From assembly GCA_040879725.1 (NCBI GenBank), contig JBBDJV010000008.1:17856-81855 (forward strand): a DNA stretch of 64,000 nucleotides. Reading direction: 5' to 3'. Source of the DNA: Minisyncoccota bacterium. Lineage in GTDB: Bacteria; Patescibacteriota; Minisyncoccia; Phycocordibacterales; GCA-2401445. Position 1 is the stretch's first letter. Each line of letters starts with the position of its first letter. Positions 30,723 to 40,220 of the stretch are shown piece by piece. The position numbers and the translations under genes are program-made. Under the pieces are notes generated by a model. That model was not told where the DNA came from, searched no databases, and saw nothing but the letters and a program-made list of their open reading frames with translations.

Positions 30723-30795
30723 TGTAAATAGATTTTCCGATTTTTACTAAAGTCGGCACAGCAGTGCATTTCTGATCACTATTAAAAAGTGTGTT

Positions 30796-31020
30796 ATGAA
30801 AAAATTAATCCTCATGTCCCAATCCCTCAAGGATGACGACTTCAAGGTCTCTGGGTGGTGTGGTAATCGTCCAAAATGTGTTCAAGTCGCAATTAAGCCT
30901 CAAGGTGTGGCTGTACGTGACAGCAAGGACGCAAATAAGTCGACTTTACTATTCACTCATGGTGAATGGAAAGCCTTTATTCAAGGCGTGAAGAGCGGAC
31001 AGTTCGACAGAAAAGCATAA
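30796..31020 (+). CDS. DUF397 (BldB-like) small protein
   Basis: SGWC...CVQVA...GVAVRDSK......L.FT..EWKAFIQGVK.G.FD matches the DUF397 pattern. Start may be 30814. Confidence 0.88.
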   Translation: MKKLILMSQSLKDDDFKVSGWCGNRPKCVQVAIKPQGVAVRDSKDANKSTLLFTHGEWKAFIQGVKSGQFDRKA

Positions 31021-31045
31021 AGCTTGTTTGATCGAATTTGACACA

Positions 31046-31074
31046 GGGAGAAGCCTCACAGCTTCTCCCTTTTT
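31046..31074 (+). terminator. Intrinsic terminator after DUF397
   Basis: GGGAGAAGC-CTCACA-GCTTCTCCC followed by TTTTT. Confidence 0.85.
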
Positions 31075-31096
31075 AGTATATGCTATAAGTATTAAT

Positions 31097-31606
31097 ATGA
31101 AAAAAATATATCTTATCCCTGGTTTGGGAGAAAAATGTACTCTAGTTCGGTATCGTAATCTAGCTGAGGCTTTGAGTTCAAAAGGGTATGAAGTGGTACC
31201 CGTAAATCCTGATTGGTATCAGCCACTATTAAGTCAGATTTTTCCTGTTGAAAAAGATGCTATTATTTGCGGATTTTCATTCGGAGCAGTAATGGCATAT
31301 CTTATCGCTCAAAAATATCCATGTAAGAAGGTTATCATGGCTTCTATTTCTCCGATCCATTTATTTTCTTTCGAAAGTTTGAGAGATGATTATCTATTGC
31401 ACATGGACAGTGATATGGCCACTAAGCTCGCACGGGAGATTAAGAGTATAGAAGTTCGTCTTAATACACTCGCTACACCATATACCATCTTAGCAGGTGA
31501 GCGAGAGAAGATGTTACTTACGGAATGTAAGCCAGATATTATCGTACCCGCGACAGGACATTTCATGTCAAAGGCGTATATTCAGTGTATTGCTGATATC
31601 GTGTAG
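31097..31606 (+). CDS. Minimal alpha/beta-fold hydrolase
   Basis: LIPGLG oxyanion strand, GFSFG nucleophile elbow, C-terminal TGH histidine. Confidence 0.8.
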   Translation: MKKIYLIPGLGEKCTLVRYRNLAEALSSKGYEVVPVNPDWYQPLLSQIFPVEKDAIICGFSFGAVMAYLIAQKYPCKKVIMASISPIHLFSFESLRDDYLLHMDSDMATKLAREIKSIEVRLNTLATPYTILAGEREKMLLTECKPDIIVPATGHFMSKAYIQCIADIV

Positions 31607-31720
31607 TTGTTAGTTCAGGTTTCTTAGTACAGCGTTGAGCAGAGTTTTAATAATAAATAGTACAACACCAAGGTTAAACTTTGATAAACAGAAATATATT
31701 ATACGGAGTACACTATTAAA

Positions 31721-33352
31721 CTAATACTTTGCGCTTGCTTTAGCGCTGGTATGTATCGGGAACTCCACGATAAACCGCGAACCTTCACCTTCTCCGTCTG
31801 ATTCAGCCCAAACCTTACCCTTTTGCATGATTGCAAGCTGTTTTACAACGTAGAGACCGAGTCCTGTGCCCATGATGTTTACCTTTCCGGCGTCTTTCGC
31901 TCTACTAAACTTTTCAAATAGAAGGTCGATGGTCTCCTCACTCATTCCTATACCGGTATCTGAAACAGTCATACGCAACACATCTTTTTTCTTTTCGAGC
32001 AGTACTGATATTTTTCCTTTAGGTGTGTACTTTACGGAATTATCAATCAAGTTTGAAATAATTTGTTTTAGTTTACCTTTATCTGCGTACACAAAATAGT
32101 TGATTTTTTTGTCAGTTGAGAAAGAAATTTTCAATTCTTTCTTTTCTACCGACGGTCTTAACTCGTCTATCGTTTCTTGTATTACTTTTCTCCAGTCGAG
32201 AACCTCAGGAGACAGCTTCATATTATTCTGATCAATTCTTGAAACATCAAGAAAGTCATTAACTACCAACACTAGGTTATGGCTCGAGCTGTATATTCTC
32301 TCCACAGCTTCTTTTGCCTTAGGTCCTACTTTACCAAATGAACCCTCGAGAAGAAGCGATGCATAACCCTTTATCGAAGCAAGCGGTCCTCTGATCTGAT
32401 GCGATGCGATTGAAAGGAATTCAGACTTCTGTCTATCAAGAGCACGAAGTTTTGCATTTGCCTTGGAAAGGTTTGTAGCAAGGTTAAAAATGTATTCCCT
32501 GTCTTTTATTTCTTTAATAACACTCCGTATTAGTAGAAGGCCGATAAGAATCGTAATTAAAAGCAAGCTTAAGTTTAAAATAAAATCCTTGATTCCATCA
32601 GAAAGTAGTGTTCGGATTAAGATTATAATCCATAAAATAAAAGTAAATAATTGTGTTGTAACTACTTTTAAATCAAAAAGCTGATACCTGAAGATTGCAT
32701 AGCCACTTATAGCTGGGTAAATAGCAAAAAGTATTAATGGGTATGGCGGGAATGGTATGTTAAAAGTTAACAAGAATACGCTCCCGCCTCCACCATATCC
32801 AAATATAGTAAACAATATGATTAAGGCAAGCCTTTTCTTCTGCACTTTGTCTTTCGTAGTAAAAAATGCTTTTGCTTCAATGAAAAGTGCAATTGTTGCT
32901 AATAGGAAAAAGTAAAAAGCGAAATATATGTAAAGAGGACCAGCGTCTGGTGCAAAATTAAAGGGATACTTAGGTATTACGTCATTTACAAATAAAGTAG
33001 TATTGTTAGTTAGAAGAAAGAATATGCAGAACCCAAAAGAAAGATATAAAAGCTTTTTATATTTTTCATACTCATTTGTAATAGCTAGTGCAAATATTAG
33101 ATAAAATAAAGGTATACAAATCGCAGCAACATGTAAAATCCAGTTAGCCATCAAGGCAATACTTTGATTAGTTGTTGATATCATCCAAAAGTAGAACAAG
33201 CTCCATGTTCCGGAAGCAACGTTCAAGTAAAACCAAGACTTGTTTTCAAATCTTTTCTTGTCGTGCATGAAAACAATCAACCCAGATAAAAAGGCAGTAA
33301 AAGCACCTATGAGAAGTGTAATACTAAAATATCCGAATGATATATCTTCCAT
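31721..33352 (-). CDS. Sensor histidine kinase with polytopic (7TM-type) N-terminal input domain
   Basis: About nine TM helices; H-box IASHQIRGPL, N-box NLIDNSVKY, DTGIG, GTGLGL. Confidence 0.93.
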   Translation of the reverse strand: MEDISFGYFSITLLIGAFTAFLSGLIVFMHDKKRFENKSWFYLNVASGTWSLFYFWMISTTNQSIALMANWILHVAAICIPLFYLIFALAITNEYEKYKKLLYLSFGFCIFFLLTNNTTLFVNDVIPKYPFNFAPDAGPLYIYFAFYFFLLATIALFIEAKAFFTTKDKVQKKRLALIILFTIFGYGGGGSVFLLTFNIPFPPYPLILFAIYPAISGYAIFRYQLFDLKVVTTQLFTFILWIIILIRTLLSDGIKDFILNLSLLLITILIGLLLIRSVIKEIKDREYIFNLATNLSKANAKLRALDRQKSEFLSIASHQIRGPLASIKGYASLLLEGSFGKVGPKAKEAVERIYSSSHNLVLVVNDFLDVSRIDQNNMKLSPEVLDWRKVIQETIDELRPSVEKKELKISFSTDKKINYFVYADKGKLKQIISNLIDNSVKYTPKGKISVLLEKKKDVLRMTVSDTGIGMSEETIDLLFEKFSRAKDAGKVNIMGTGLGLYVVKQLAIMQKGKVWAESDGEGEGSRFIVEFPIHTSAKASAKY

Positions 33353-33353
33353 A

Positions 33354-34964
33354 TTAAAGGTATCTATTTCCTAATTCTGTAGACTCTGGATTGCTTTTTA
33401 TATATTCTCCCAAGTCCTTCAATAAAGGATAGCATATATTTGTGCCGTGATGTGGTTCAATATGTATATCTCCAATATATGATTCATACGATCTATTCTG
33501 AGAAAAAAATTCTTCAATTTTTCCTTTTAATGCAAATATTGCTGATTGTGGTGAAGAACAAGAAACGTGCGGATTTGCTTCACCATATACCATCATGTTA
33601 TCTGGAATATATTTTTTATTGAAGTATCCGTGCCAATGAGAAATAGAAATTCCGTAATTACTGATTTGCTTAGAAAAATTATTTTTAGTATCTAAGTGGT
33701 TTAATATTGAAGCGATAATTGCATTTCCAACCGCATGTGCAAGAATTACTTGCGTGTCAAAGGATGGTTTATAGTCTTTATTAAGTTCAATTCCCTTCGG
33801 TGCCTCCAACGTCATACTCCCACCTTCTAATCCAAGAAGTATAAAATCTTTTTTCGGGTCAGGGTTTGTCTTATTTGATCCCGATCTTAATGAAAGTACA
33901 CAAACATCCGGCACTTGAAGCCAGAAGTTTTCATTATCTATTACTATTTTTAAATATATTTTTTTACCAACAAAGAAATAGTCTGAATCAGGAATATTTC
34001 CAGAAATAATTTTATTAGCAAAATCCTTTTCTGAAATCAATTTCGAAAGCTTTGCAGGCAACTGCTTTGCGATAAAGCCAAAACTCATTCCACTTCTCCC
34101 ATCAAGATGTAATTGTCCTATCCATTTATGGAACGATGTCCTAAACGGTAAATCAGTAATCTTTTTACCCTTCGGATACAAATTTGTATCTGAAAAAATT
34201 TTTGCTCCGAGCATTAAGTCTTCAATTATAGAAAGGTACTTGGGACTATTTAAGTCAGTAGAGTTATTCTTTACTATAAACTCCGAATATTTATATGGTC
34301 TGATAGGAGCAACAATTTTTGGGACAAGAGCTTTCAGAACATTATTTCTCATATCACCCTCTCTACTAAAAACAGGGTGCGAAGCGTTAAAATTATATAA
34401 CATCCATTTTTCCTTATCCACTCCTATTACAATATTTGTCATGTGGTAAGCGAAAAAATTCATTGCAGTATCAAAGTGATCTGAAAAGGTGGAATTACTA
34501 GTTATGTGCTCAGGGAACGGAAGAACAGTGATAACAGAGTTGTCTTTGAAATTACTGATATGCTCCATGGGCAATCTGCCGATTTTTTGTTCTCCACTTA
34601 CGATAATTGAAATTCCTGGTTTTAATTTCCAGGCTTTTAACATGGGTAGTATATCTTTTATTGGTATATAAATATTTGATTTACCAATTAGGAATAAAAG
34701 GTTATTTGCTATAATCTTAAAAAATCTAGCTATTCTTTTTCTAAGCTTAATTTTCTCCAGCGACTGCTCATATGGAACAATATTTACTTTCAAATCATCA
34801 AATACTTTTTTTAGATCGTCTACAAAAGAGTCAATCTCGGGAGAACTTTTTTCCTTGTGTGGGAAAAAAGTAATATTTAGATTATCAGCCATATCTTCTA
34901 AAGATACTTTTACCTTATTTTCTATTCCAAGTATTGCTTGTACTGCTTCTTTCGATATGTGCAT
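33354..34964 (-). CDS. Uncharacterised 536-aa protein with predicted C-terminal class II aldolase/adducin-like Zn domain
   Basis: Motif order SLRSGSNK...KPSFDT...ISHWHG...HIEPHHG parallels FucA/AraD/MtnB ITPSG...KPSSE...VHxH...LxxHG. The fold call is an inference. Confidence 0.6.
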   Translation of the reverse strand: MHISKEAVQAILGIENKVKVSLEDMADNLNITFFPHKEKSSPEIDSFVDDLKKVFDDLKVNIVPYEQSLEKIKLRKRIARFFKIIANNLLFLIGKSNIYIPIKDILPMLKAWKLKPGISIIVSGEQKIGRLPMEHISNFKDNSVITVLPFPEHITSNSTFSDHFDTAMNFFAYHMTNIVIGVDKEKWMLYNFNASHPVFSREGDMRNNVLKALVPKIVAPIRPYKYSEFIVKNNSTDLNSPKYLSIIEDLMLGAKIFSDTNLYPKGKKITDLPFRTSFHKWIGQLHLDGRSGMSFGFIAKQLPAKLSKLISEKDFANKIISGNIPDSDYFFVGKKIYLKIVIDNENFWLQVPDVCVLSLRSGSNKTNPDPKKDFILLGLEGGSMTLEAPKGIELNKDYKPSFDTQVILAHAVGNAIIASILNHLDTKNNFSKQISNYGISISHWHGYFNKKYIPDNMMVYGEANPHVSCSSPQSAIFALKGKIEEFFSQNRSYESYIGDIHIEPHHGTNICYPLLKDLGEYIKSNPESTELGNRYL

Positions 34965-34974
34965 AACAAAATTA

Positions 34975-35664
34975 TTAAACCATTCTTAGGATTGCATCCA
35001 TTATATACTGAGCACCCTTTTTATAATCTTCTACTGTGGGATTTGTTTGGGGAATAATTGTGAGAGGATCAATAGGTTTGCCGATTGTGACTACTATTTT
35101 TTTTCTGAATAGCAGTAAGTCTAGTAGCTTAAAATTAACCAGACCCTTTATTGCGACAGGAACAACAGGTGTATTAGTTCTATTCGATAAAAAAGCAACA
35201 CCGCCATGAACTGGTCCTGGACTTCCATCACGAGTTCTTTTTCCTTCGGGGAAAATTAGAATATTTCTTTTCTTTTTAAGAATAGTGAGATGGTTCTGCA
35301 AAGAATACGCATAATCCTTATGTCCAGGATAGCGTGGATACGCACCAAGAAGTCTAAAAAAGATACCTCCGTAAAAAAACTTTTTCCAACCAAAACCAGC
35401 GTATTCGTGCTTCATCATTGAAACGTAGTAAAGCGGGGTGAAGTGCATTGAAAAAAGTGGAAGAGAAATCCTTACGATAATAGGATCGCATTCACTGGAA
35501 TGATTCGAAGCAAAAATAACATTTTTCTTGAGTGAGGCAATATTCTCTACTCCTTTTACTTCCATTTGTGCAAAGACTTTAAACAAAATATAAGATATAA
35601 AAGATACAAATATCTGAACTATGACCGGGACAAAGAAAAATATCCTTGTTTTGTTGTTTTCCAT
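34975..35664 (-). CDS. PlsC-like (LPLAT) acyltransferase
   Basis: NHSSECD (HxxxxD), IFPEGKRT, PVVPVAI. Start ATG 35664 is preceded by TGCTATAAT. Confidence 0.88.
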   Translation of the reverse strand: MENNKTRIFFFVPVIVQIFVSFISYILFKVFAQMEVKGVENIASLKKNVIFASNHSSECDPIIVRISLPLFSMHFTPLYYVSMMKHEYAGFGWKKFFYGGIFFRLLGAYPRYPGHKDYAYSLQNHLTILKKKRNILIFPEGKRTRDGSPGPVHGGVAFLSNRTNTPVVPVAIKGLVNFKLLDLLLFRKKIVVTIGKPIDPLTIIPQTNPTVEDYKKGAQYIMDAILRMV

Positions 35665-35681
35665 AATAATATTATAGCACA

Positions 35682-36482
35682 TTATTGAAAAAAGGCAAGT
35701 ATATACACGGCGAGGGCGAATCGGTACAAAGCAAACGGAATAAGTGAGTTTTTCGAAAGAATCTTCATAAGCCATGAAAGTGAAATATACCCAACAAAAA
35801 AAGCCGTTATTGAAGCTACAATAAGTGGTGTATAAGCAAAAGCCTGCTCTCCCCCACTAAGGTCAAGCATTTTCTTAATTCCAACACCAAAAAGAAGTGG
35901 AAGAGCGAGCAAGAAACTAAAACGTGCAACTGCTGTTCTTGTGGTTCCTGAAAGCAGTCCAGCGCTTATGGTGGACCCCGATCGTGACATCCCCGGTATA
36001 AGCGCTAAGACTTGTACCAAGCCGATTATAACTCCCTGCTTCAAAGAAACAGATGTAGATTTATTTTGGTTTCTCCTACTAATAAGCTCCGCGATAATAA
36101 ACAAAATACCTCCGAATATTAGTGTCAGCGCGACAGAAGTGCTTGATCTAAAAAAACTTTCAATATACGTTTCTGCAAATAGACCAACTATAACTACCGG
36201 TATGCCCGCGAGAATGTACGTTAGGAAAATTGTTCTGTGTTCTTTTATATAATTAACAGGAGAAGAAAATAATTGCTTTACTAAAGACATAATGTCAGCC
36301 CGGAAATAAATAGCAATGGCAAGAGCAGTAGCAAAGTGCAAAACAACATCGAAAGCTAGCCCGTTAACGTCACCAATGCCTAAAAACTCGCGTGCCAGAA
36401 TAAGATGTCCCGTAGATGATATGGGAAGAAACTCAGTTATACCCTGCACCACTCCAAGAACTATAGATTCAAATATATTCAC
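35682..36482 (-). CDS. uppP: Undecaprenyl-diphosphatase
   Basis: QGITEFLPISSTGHL and LIPGMSRSGSTI. GTG 36482 is favoured as start; ATG 36488 is the alternative. Confidence 0.96.
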   Translation of the reverse strand: MNIFESIVLGVVQGITEFLPISSTGHLILAREFLGIGDVNGLAFDVVLHFATALAIAIYFRADIMSLVKQLFSSPVNYIKEHRTIFLTYILAGIPVVIVGLFAETYIESFFRSSTSVALTLIFGGILFIIAELISRRNQNKSTSVSLKQGVIIGLVQVLALIPGMSRSGSTISAGLLSGTTRTAVARFSFLLALPLLFGVGIKKMLDLSGGEQAFAYTPLIVASITAFFVGYISLSWLMKILSKNSLIPFALYRFALAVYILAFFQ

Positions 36483-36542
36483 GCACATATAGTACCACAG
36501 GTATTACTTATCGAGTACGCACATCTCGGGTACAATATGCAC

Positions 36543-37232
36543 ATGGCTCGGCCATTTTTTAAGAATAGAGACAAAGCAATACTTTTCGGAGCACTTATTC
36601 TAGCTGTTGCCTTTTTCTTAATGCCTGAAAAAATTCAAAACACTACCAAAGCACTTCCTGAAGAAGGCGCGGTCTCCAAACCGGTACCCACTGAACACTG
36701 GATAGGTAACCCGAAGGCCCCGGTGGTTATTATTCAATACTCTGACACTGACTGTGTGTACTGTGCTGTTTTTCACACTGCAGTAGTAAAGCAACTTATC
36801 GCAACCTATGGAAGACAAGGAGAATTGGCTTGGGTATACAGGCACTTCCCCATCGCAAACGTAAATCCAAACGGTGCCAGAGAGGCACTAGCACTTGAAT
36901 GTGTGGCAGATACATCGAATGACCCTTCTAAATTCTGGAGTATGCTCGATGCTATTTTTGAGGCAAAACCTTTATCTCCGCAAACTGATCCGGTTAATTT
37001 TATAAAAACAATTGCAGGGCTTTACGGCCTTTCTGAAGCACAACTTTCTAAATGCGAAAATAATAATGAATTCCGCACCATAATCAGAAATCAAAGTGAC
37101 GAGGCAATTTCCGCTGGTGCAGAAGGCGCGCCGTTTATGGTTGTCTACGCTAACGGAGAGTTTACTGAAACAATAAGCGGTACTCGCTCACTTGAGCAAA
37201 TGCAGAAGATAATCGACGGTTATCTTAAGTAA
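36543..37232 (+). CDS. Membrane-anchored DsbA/BdbD-like thioredoxin-fold protein
   Basis: GNPKAPVVIIQYSDTDCVYC, YRHFP, GAEGAP cis-Pro loop. Confidence 0.88.
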   Translation: MARPFFKNRDKAILFGALILAVAFFLMPEKIQNTTKALPEEGAVSKPVPTEHWIGNPKAPVVIIQYSDTDCVYCAVFHTAVVKQLIATYGRQGELAWVYRHFPIANVNPNGAREALALECVADTSNDPSKFWSMLDAIFEAKPLSPQTDPVNFIKTIAGLYGLSEAQLSKCENNNEFRTIIRNQSDEAISAGAEGAPFMVVYANGEFTETISGTRSLEQMQKIIDGYLK

Positions 37233-40128
37233 ACGATTCTTGTTTTAGCGCACACCACTCACAGTCTTTTTTATCACAGTTTGTTTTTAGAAACTCACCA
37301 TTCCATATTTGCTCAAGCATTGTATCTATCTCTAAAAGTACTTTTTTCTTATCCTCTTCCGTTACATTCTTTGAGAAAAACTTACACTCCCCTTTGTCGT
37401 TTGGAATAACGAAAACCAAGAATGGTATTACTGCTTTTTCAGTAGTTTCTGATTTTTGCTTTAGCAGAAGTGTATAGAAAACAAGCTGTCTCCAGTAAGA
37501 ACCATCGCTTGATTTCGTTTCTCCCAGTATTTCATTTTCAGACATTGCCTTTTTTGTTTTGTAATCGTACACGAGTATTTCATTCTCTGTCTCAAAAATC
37601 ACATCGAGTTTTCCGTGAAGAGTGATAGCTTCTTTTTTAAAGTCATAAGTTCTTGAAACCCAGCTTTCAGATAGCACTTCACCTTTTTGCACAAAGTGCT
37701 GTTCGAGCGACGCTAGCACTGTGTCACTCTGTTCGAGCAATTCAGCCTCAATTCTATTTTTATCAATAACCGGCAACAGTGAGCGAGAGAAGAAAAGTTT
37801 TATCCTATTTTCGTACAGCTCTTTCATAGCGTCTATCGAAAAGTTTTTACTATTCCAGATTTGAGAAAGTGCATCATGCATGGCGTTTCCCTTTTCGGCA
37901 GTTGCACTCGGTGCGTGTGGAAGCCTAAGTATGCTTTCTATATAAAACTTACTCGGGCATTCCATGAAATGATTCAAGCTTGTTACTGATATTCCCTTTT
38001 TTAGAATAAGGTGCTTTGTGTAGTCGGTAGCCTCTGTTGTCTGCTTATCGGTAAGTGACATCCCTGTTGACTCTAAACCATACTCCGAAGTGTGTGACAC
38101 TGTAGTCCTTGAAAAACCATTTTCTTCAGTTATTTCATCTAAGAATCGGAGAGGTGTTACGTTTACGCCGTCTATTTTTTTATTAAATGTCCCAAGTGTA
38201 AGAGTGTTTTTTGCTCTTGTTAGGGCAACGTAGAATAACCTACGTTCATCTTTTACTTTTTCTTGACTATGGGATGGTATTGGCAAAACAAAATATTCAG
38301 GATGAGACCGCTTGCCTATCCAAGATTCTTCCGTGCAAAACGGAACATACACAGAATCAAACTCAAGGCCTTTACTTGAGTGAGCGGTCATAACTCGCAC
38401 GCGGGCGTTAGCATTACCCGAACTAAAAAATATATTTTTTATTTTCTTCGACTTACTGTATAGAAGAACTTGCTCTAAAACACTCTCCGCATCTTCTGTT
38501 TTTAGAGAAGAGGCGACGTGTTCGCTTAGAATAGTTATGTTTCTCCAAATCTCCGCAGAAAGAGGTGTTTGCACTATTTTATTCCGGAGCATAGACTGCT
38601 CCGCCATAAAGACAAGAAAGGAAGCAATACCCATGCTTGTCTTTTGATTTACAATAGCTTTGATTGCCGGGATGCGTTCAAATACAGCACTCAAATCTCC
38701 CGATTTTATTTTTTGCAAAACTTCAACCTTTTGTTCAAACGAAAGTCCCCACAGACCCTTTGCTACTGTTTTTCCCAAAGCTTCAAAATCACTCGGGTCA
38801 ATAACAACCCGACAAAGCTCAAAAACCAAAACTGAGAGAGGGTGCGAAAGCACGTCGACACTTCTTTCCGCGCTTGCTGATATTCCCTGCTCTCTCATAA
38901 AATTAGTTACAAAATCAACCTCGCTGTTCTTTCTCACTATCACCGCAATAGTTTCCTTCTCAGAAGTCTCTTTGACTTTACCAGCCATGGAAAAAAGAAT
39001 ATCGGTGTCAGTATCTCCTTCGAGTAGTGTTACCGCATGCTCGGATGTTTTTTGTCCTTGAAGATGTTCAGGAATAATACTACTTGTGTCATCATAGTTG
39101 TTCAGAATAATTGAGTGTGAAGTATTAAGTATCGTTTGGTTAGAGCGGTAGTTTTCAGTAAGGGAAATAGTATGCATGTGCGGATACTTTTTTGAAAAGT
39201 GTAAAAAGTTTTTAACCGATGCTCCTTGAAAACGGTAAATAGCCTGCTTTTCATCTCCTACAATAAACACATTTGGTGTTTCAAAAAAAGTAAGCATACT
39301 TTCGAGTAGTAGATTTTGTGAATCGTTTGTATCTTGATGTTCATCTATGTGAATATAGAAAAACTTTTCTTGCGCCAGCTGTAGGAAAAGCTCATCTTTT
39401 GAGAAAGCAGAAAGCACCTCTAGAATAAGATCGTCATAGTCAATCAGCTCGCTTTCTTTTTTTATTCGCTCGTACTCTGAATACACATCAGAAAATAAAA
39501 TACTTTTATTGCATTTTTCAATGTACTTTTTTGCATCAGCTTTTAACTGTCCTTTGCTTTTACCTCTTGTAGAAATTGACTCTTCACTCGTTTCCGTAAT
39601 TTTTATTTGCTCTAGAGCAAACTTCTTAACCTCACTTGGTGCTATTGCTTCTTTCTTTACATTACTGATGCCTTTGAGTATGTCGTACACATACATGTCT
39701 TCCCTACCAAGCGGGCGTAGCGTATCAAACTTCTTATCTCTAAGTATAGATAATATTATTTTTTCAGCATCAATATCACTTAACTGCTCGAAGCCTGAAA
39801 TGGTTGGAAAATGATCTCTGTACTCAGATATGAGCGAAAGAGCAAAACTATGAAAAGTGTGAATACAAACTTCATTTGCTCTTTCTCCGATAATCTCATG
39901 CAATTTCTTTCTAATGGCGCTTACCCCAGCTTCGGTATAGGTAATAGCTAGAATAGCGGAAGCTGGTGTATCTGTCGTTTTAAGTATGTTTGCTATACGA
40001 AGCACTAGTATGCTTGTTTTACCTGTCCCTGGTCCAGCCAGAGCCATTACAGGGCCTTCCAGCGTATCTACAGCCTGTCTTTGAGCAGGATTTAAGGTCT
40101 TGTATCGCTTTTCGAATACATCGTTCAT
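37225..40128 (-). CDS. UvrD/PcrA-family helicase fused to a PD-(D/E)xK nuclease
   Basis: AGPGTGKT, IDEHQDTN, GDEKQAIYRFQGA, ENYRS, HSSKGLEF, RLFYVALTRA; nuclease GKLD...DYKT; one Cys in ECPSKF and three C-terminal Cys (possible Fe-S staple). Confidence 0.9.
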   Translation of the reverse strand: MNDVFEKRYKTLNPAQRQAVDTLEGPVMALAGPGTGKTSILVLRIANILKTTDTPASAILAITYTEAGVSAIRKKLHEIIGERANEVCIHTFHSFALSLISEYRDHFPTISGFEQLSDIDAEKIILSILRDKKFDTLRPLGREDMYVYDILKGISNVKKEAIAPSEVKKFALEQIKITETSEESISTRGKSKGQLKADAKKYIEKCNKSILFSDVYSEYERIKKESELIDYDDLILEVLSAFSKDELFLQLAQEKFFYIHIDEHQDTNDSQNLLLESMLTFFETPNVFIVGDEKQAIYRFQGASVKNFLHFSKKYPHMHTISLTENYRSNQTILNTSHSIILNNYDDTSSIIPEHLQGQKTSEHAVTLLEGDTDTDILFSMAGKVKETSEKETIAVIVRKNSEVDFVTNFMREQGISASAERSVDVLSHPLSVLVFELCRVVIDPSDFEALGKTVAKGLWGLSFEQKVEVLQKIKSGDLSAVFERIPAIKAIVNQKTSMGIASFLVFMAEQSMLRNKIVQTPLSAEIWRNITILSEHVASSLKTEDAESVLEQVLLYSKSKKIKNIFFSSGNANARVRVMTAHSSKGLEFDSVYVPFCTEESWIGKRSHPEYFVLPIPSHSQEKVKDERRLFYVALTRAKNTLTLGTFNKKIDGVNVTPLRFLDEITEENGFSRTTVSHTSEYGLESTGMSLTDKQTTEATDYTKHLILKKGISVTSLNHFMECPSKFYIESILRLPHAPSATAEKGNAMHDALSQIWNSKNFSIDAMKELYENRIKLFFSRSLLPVIDKNRIEAELLEQSDTVLASLEQHFVQKGEVLSESWVSRTYDFKKEAITLHGKLDVIFETENEILVYDYKTKKAMSENEILGETKSSDGSYWRQLVFYTLLLKQKSETTEKAVIPFLVFVIPNDKGECKFFSKNVTEEDKKKVLLEIDTMLEQIWNGEFLKTNCDKKDCEWCALKQESFT

Positions 40129-40220
40129 TGCTGTAGTATAACAGAATTGATTTAATTACATGAAAACTCTCCACCAAATAGTTTTTTGCTGAAGTGTATA
40201 CATTATTGCGCAGAATACCT

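Noticed and set aside
40190-40217. Minus-strand CTGCGCAATAA-TGTATA resembling half of E. coli dif
   Set aside because: The second arm (CACTTCAGCAA) does not match and there is no symmetry; probably chance.
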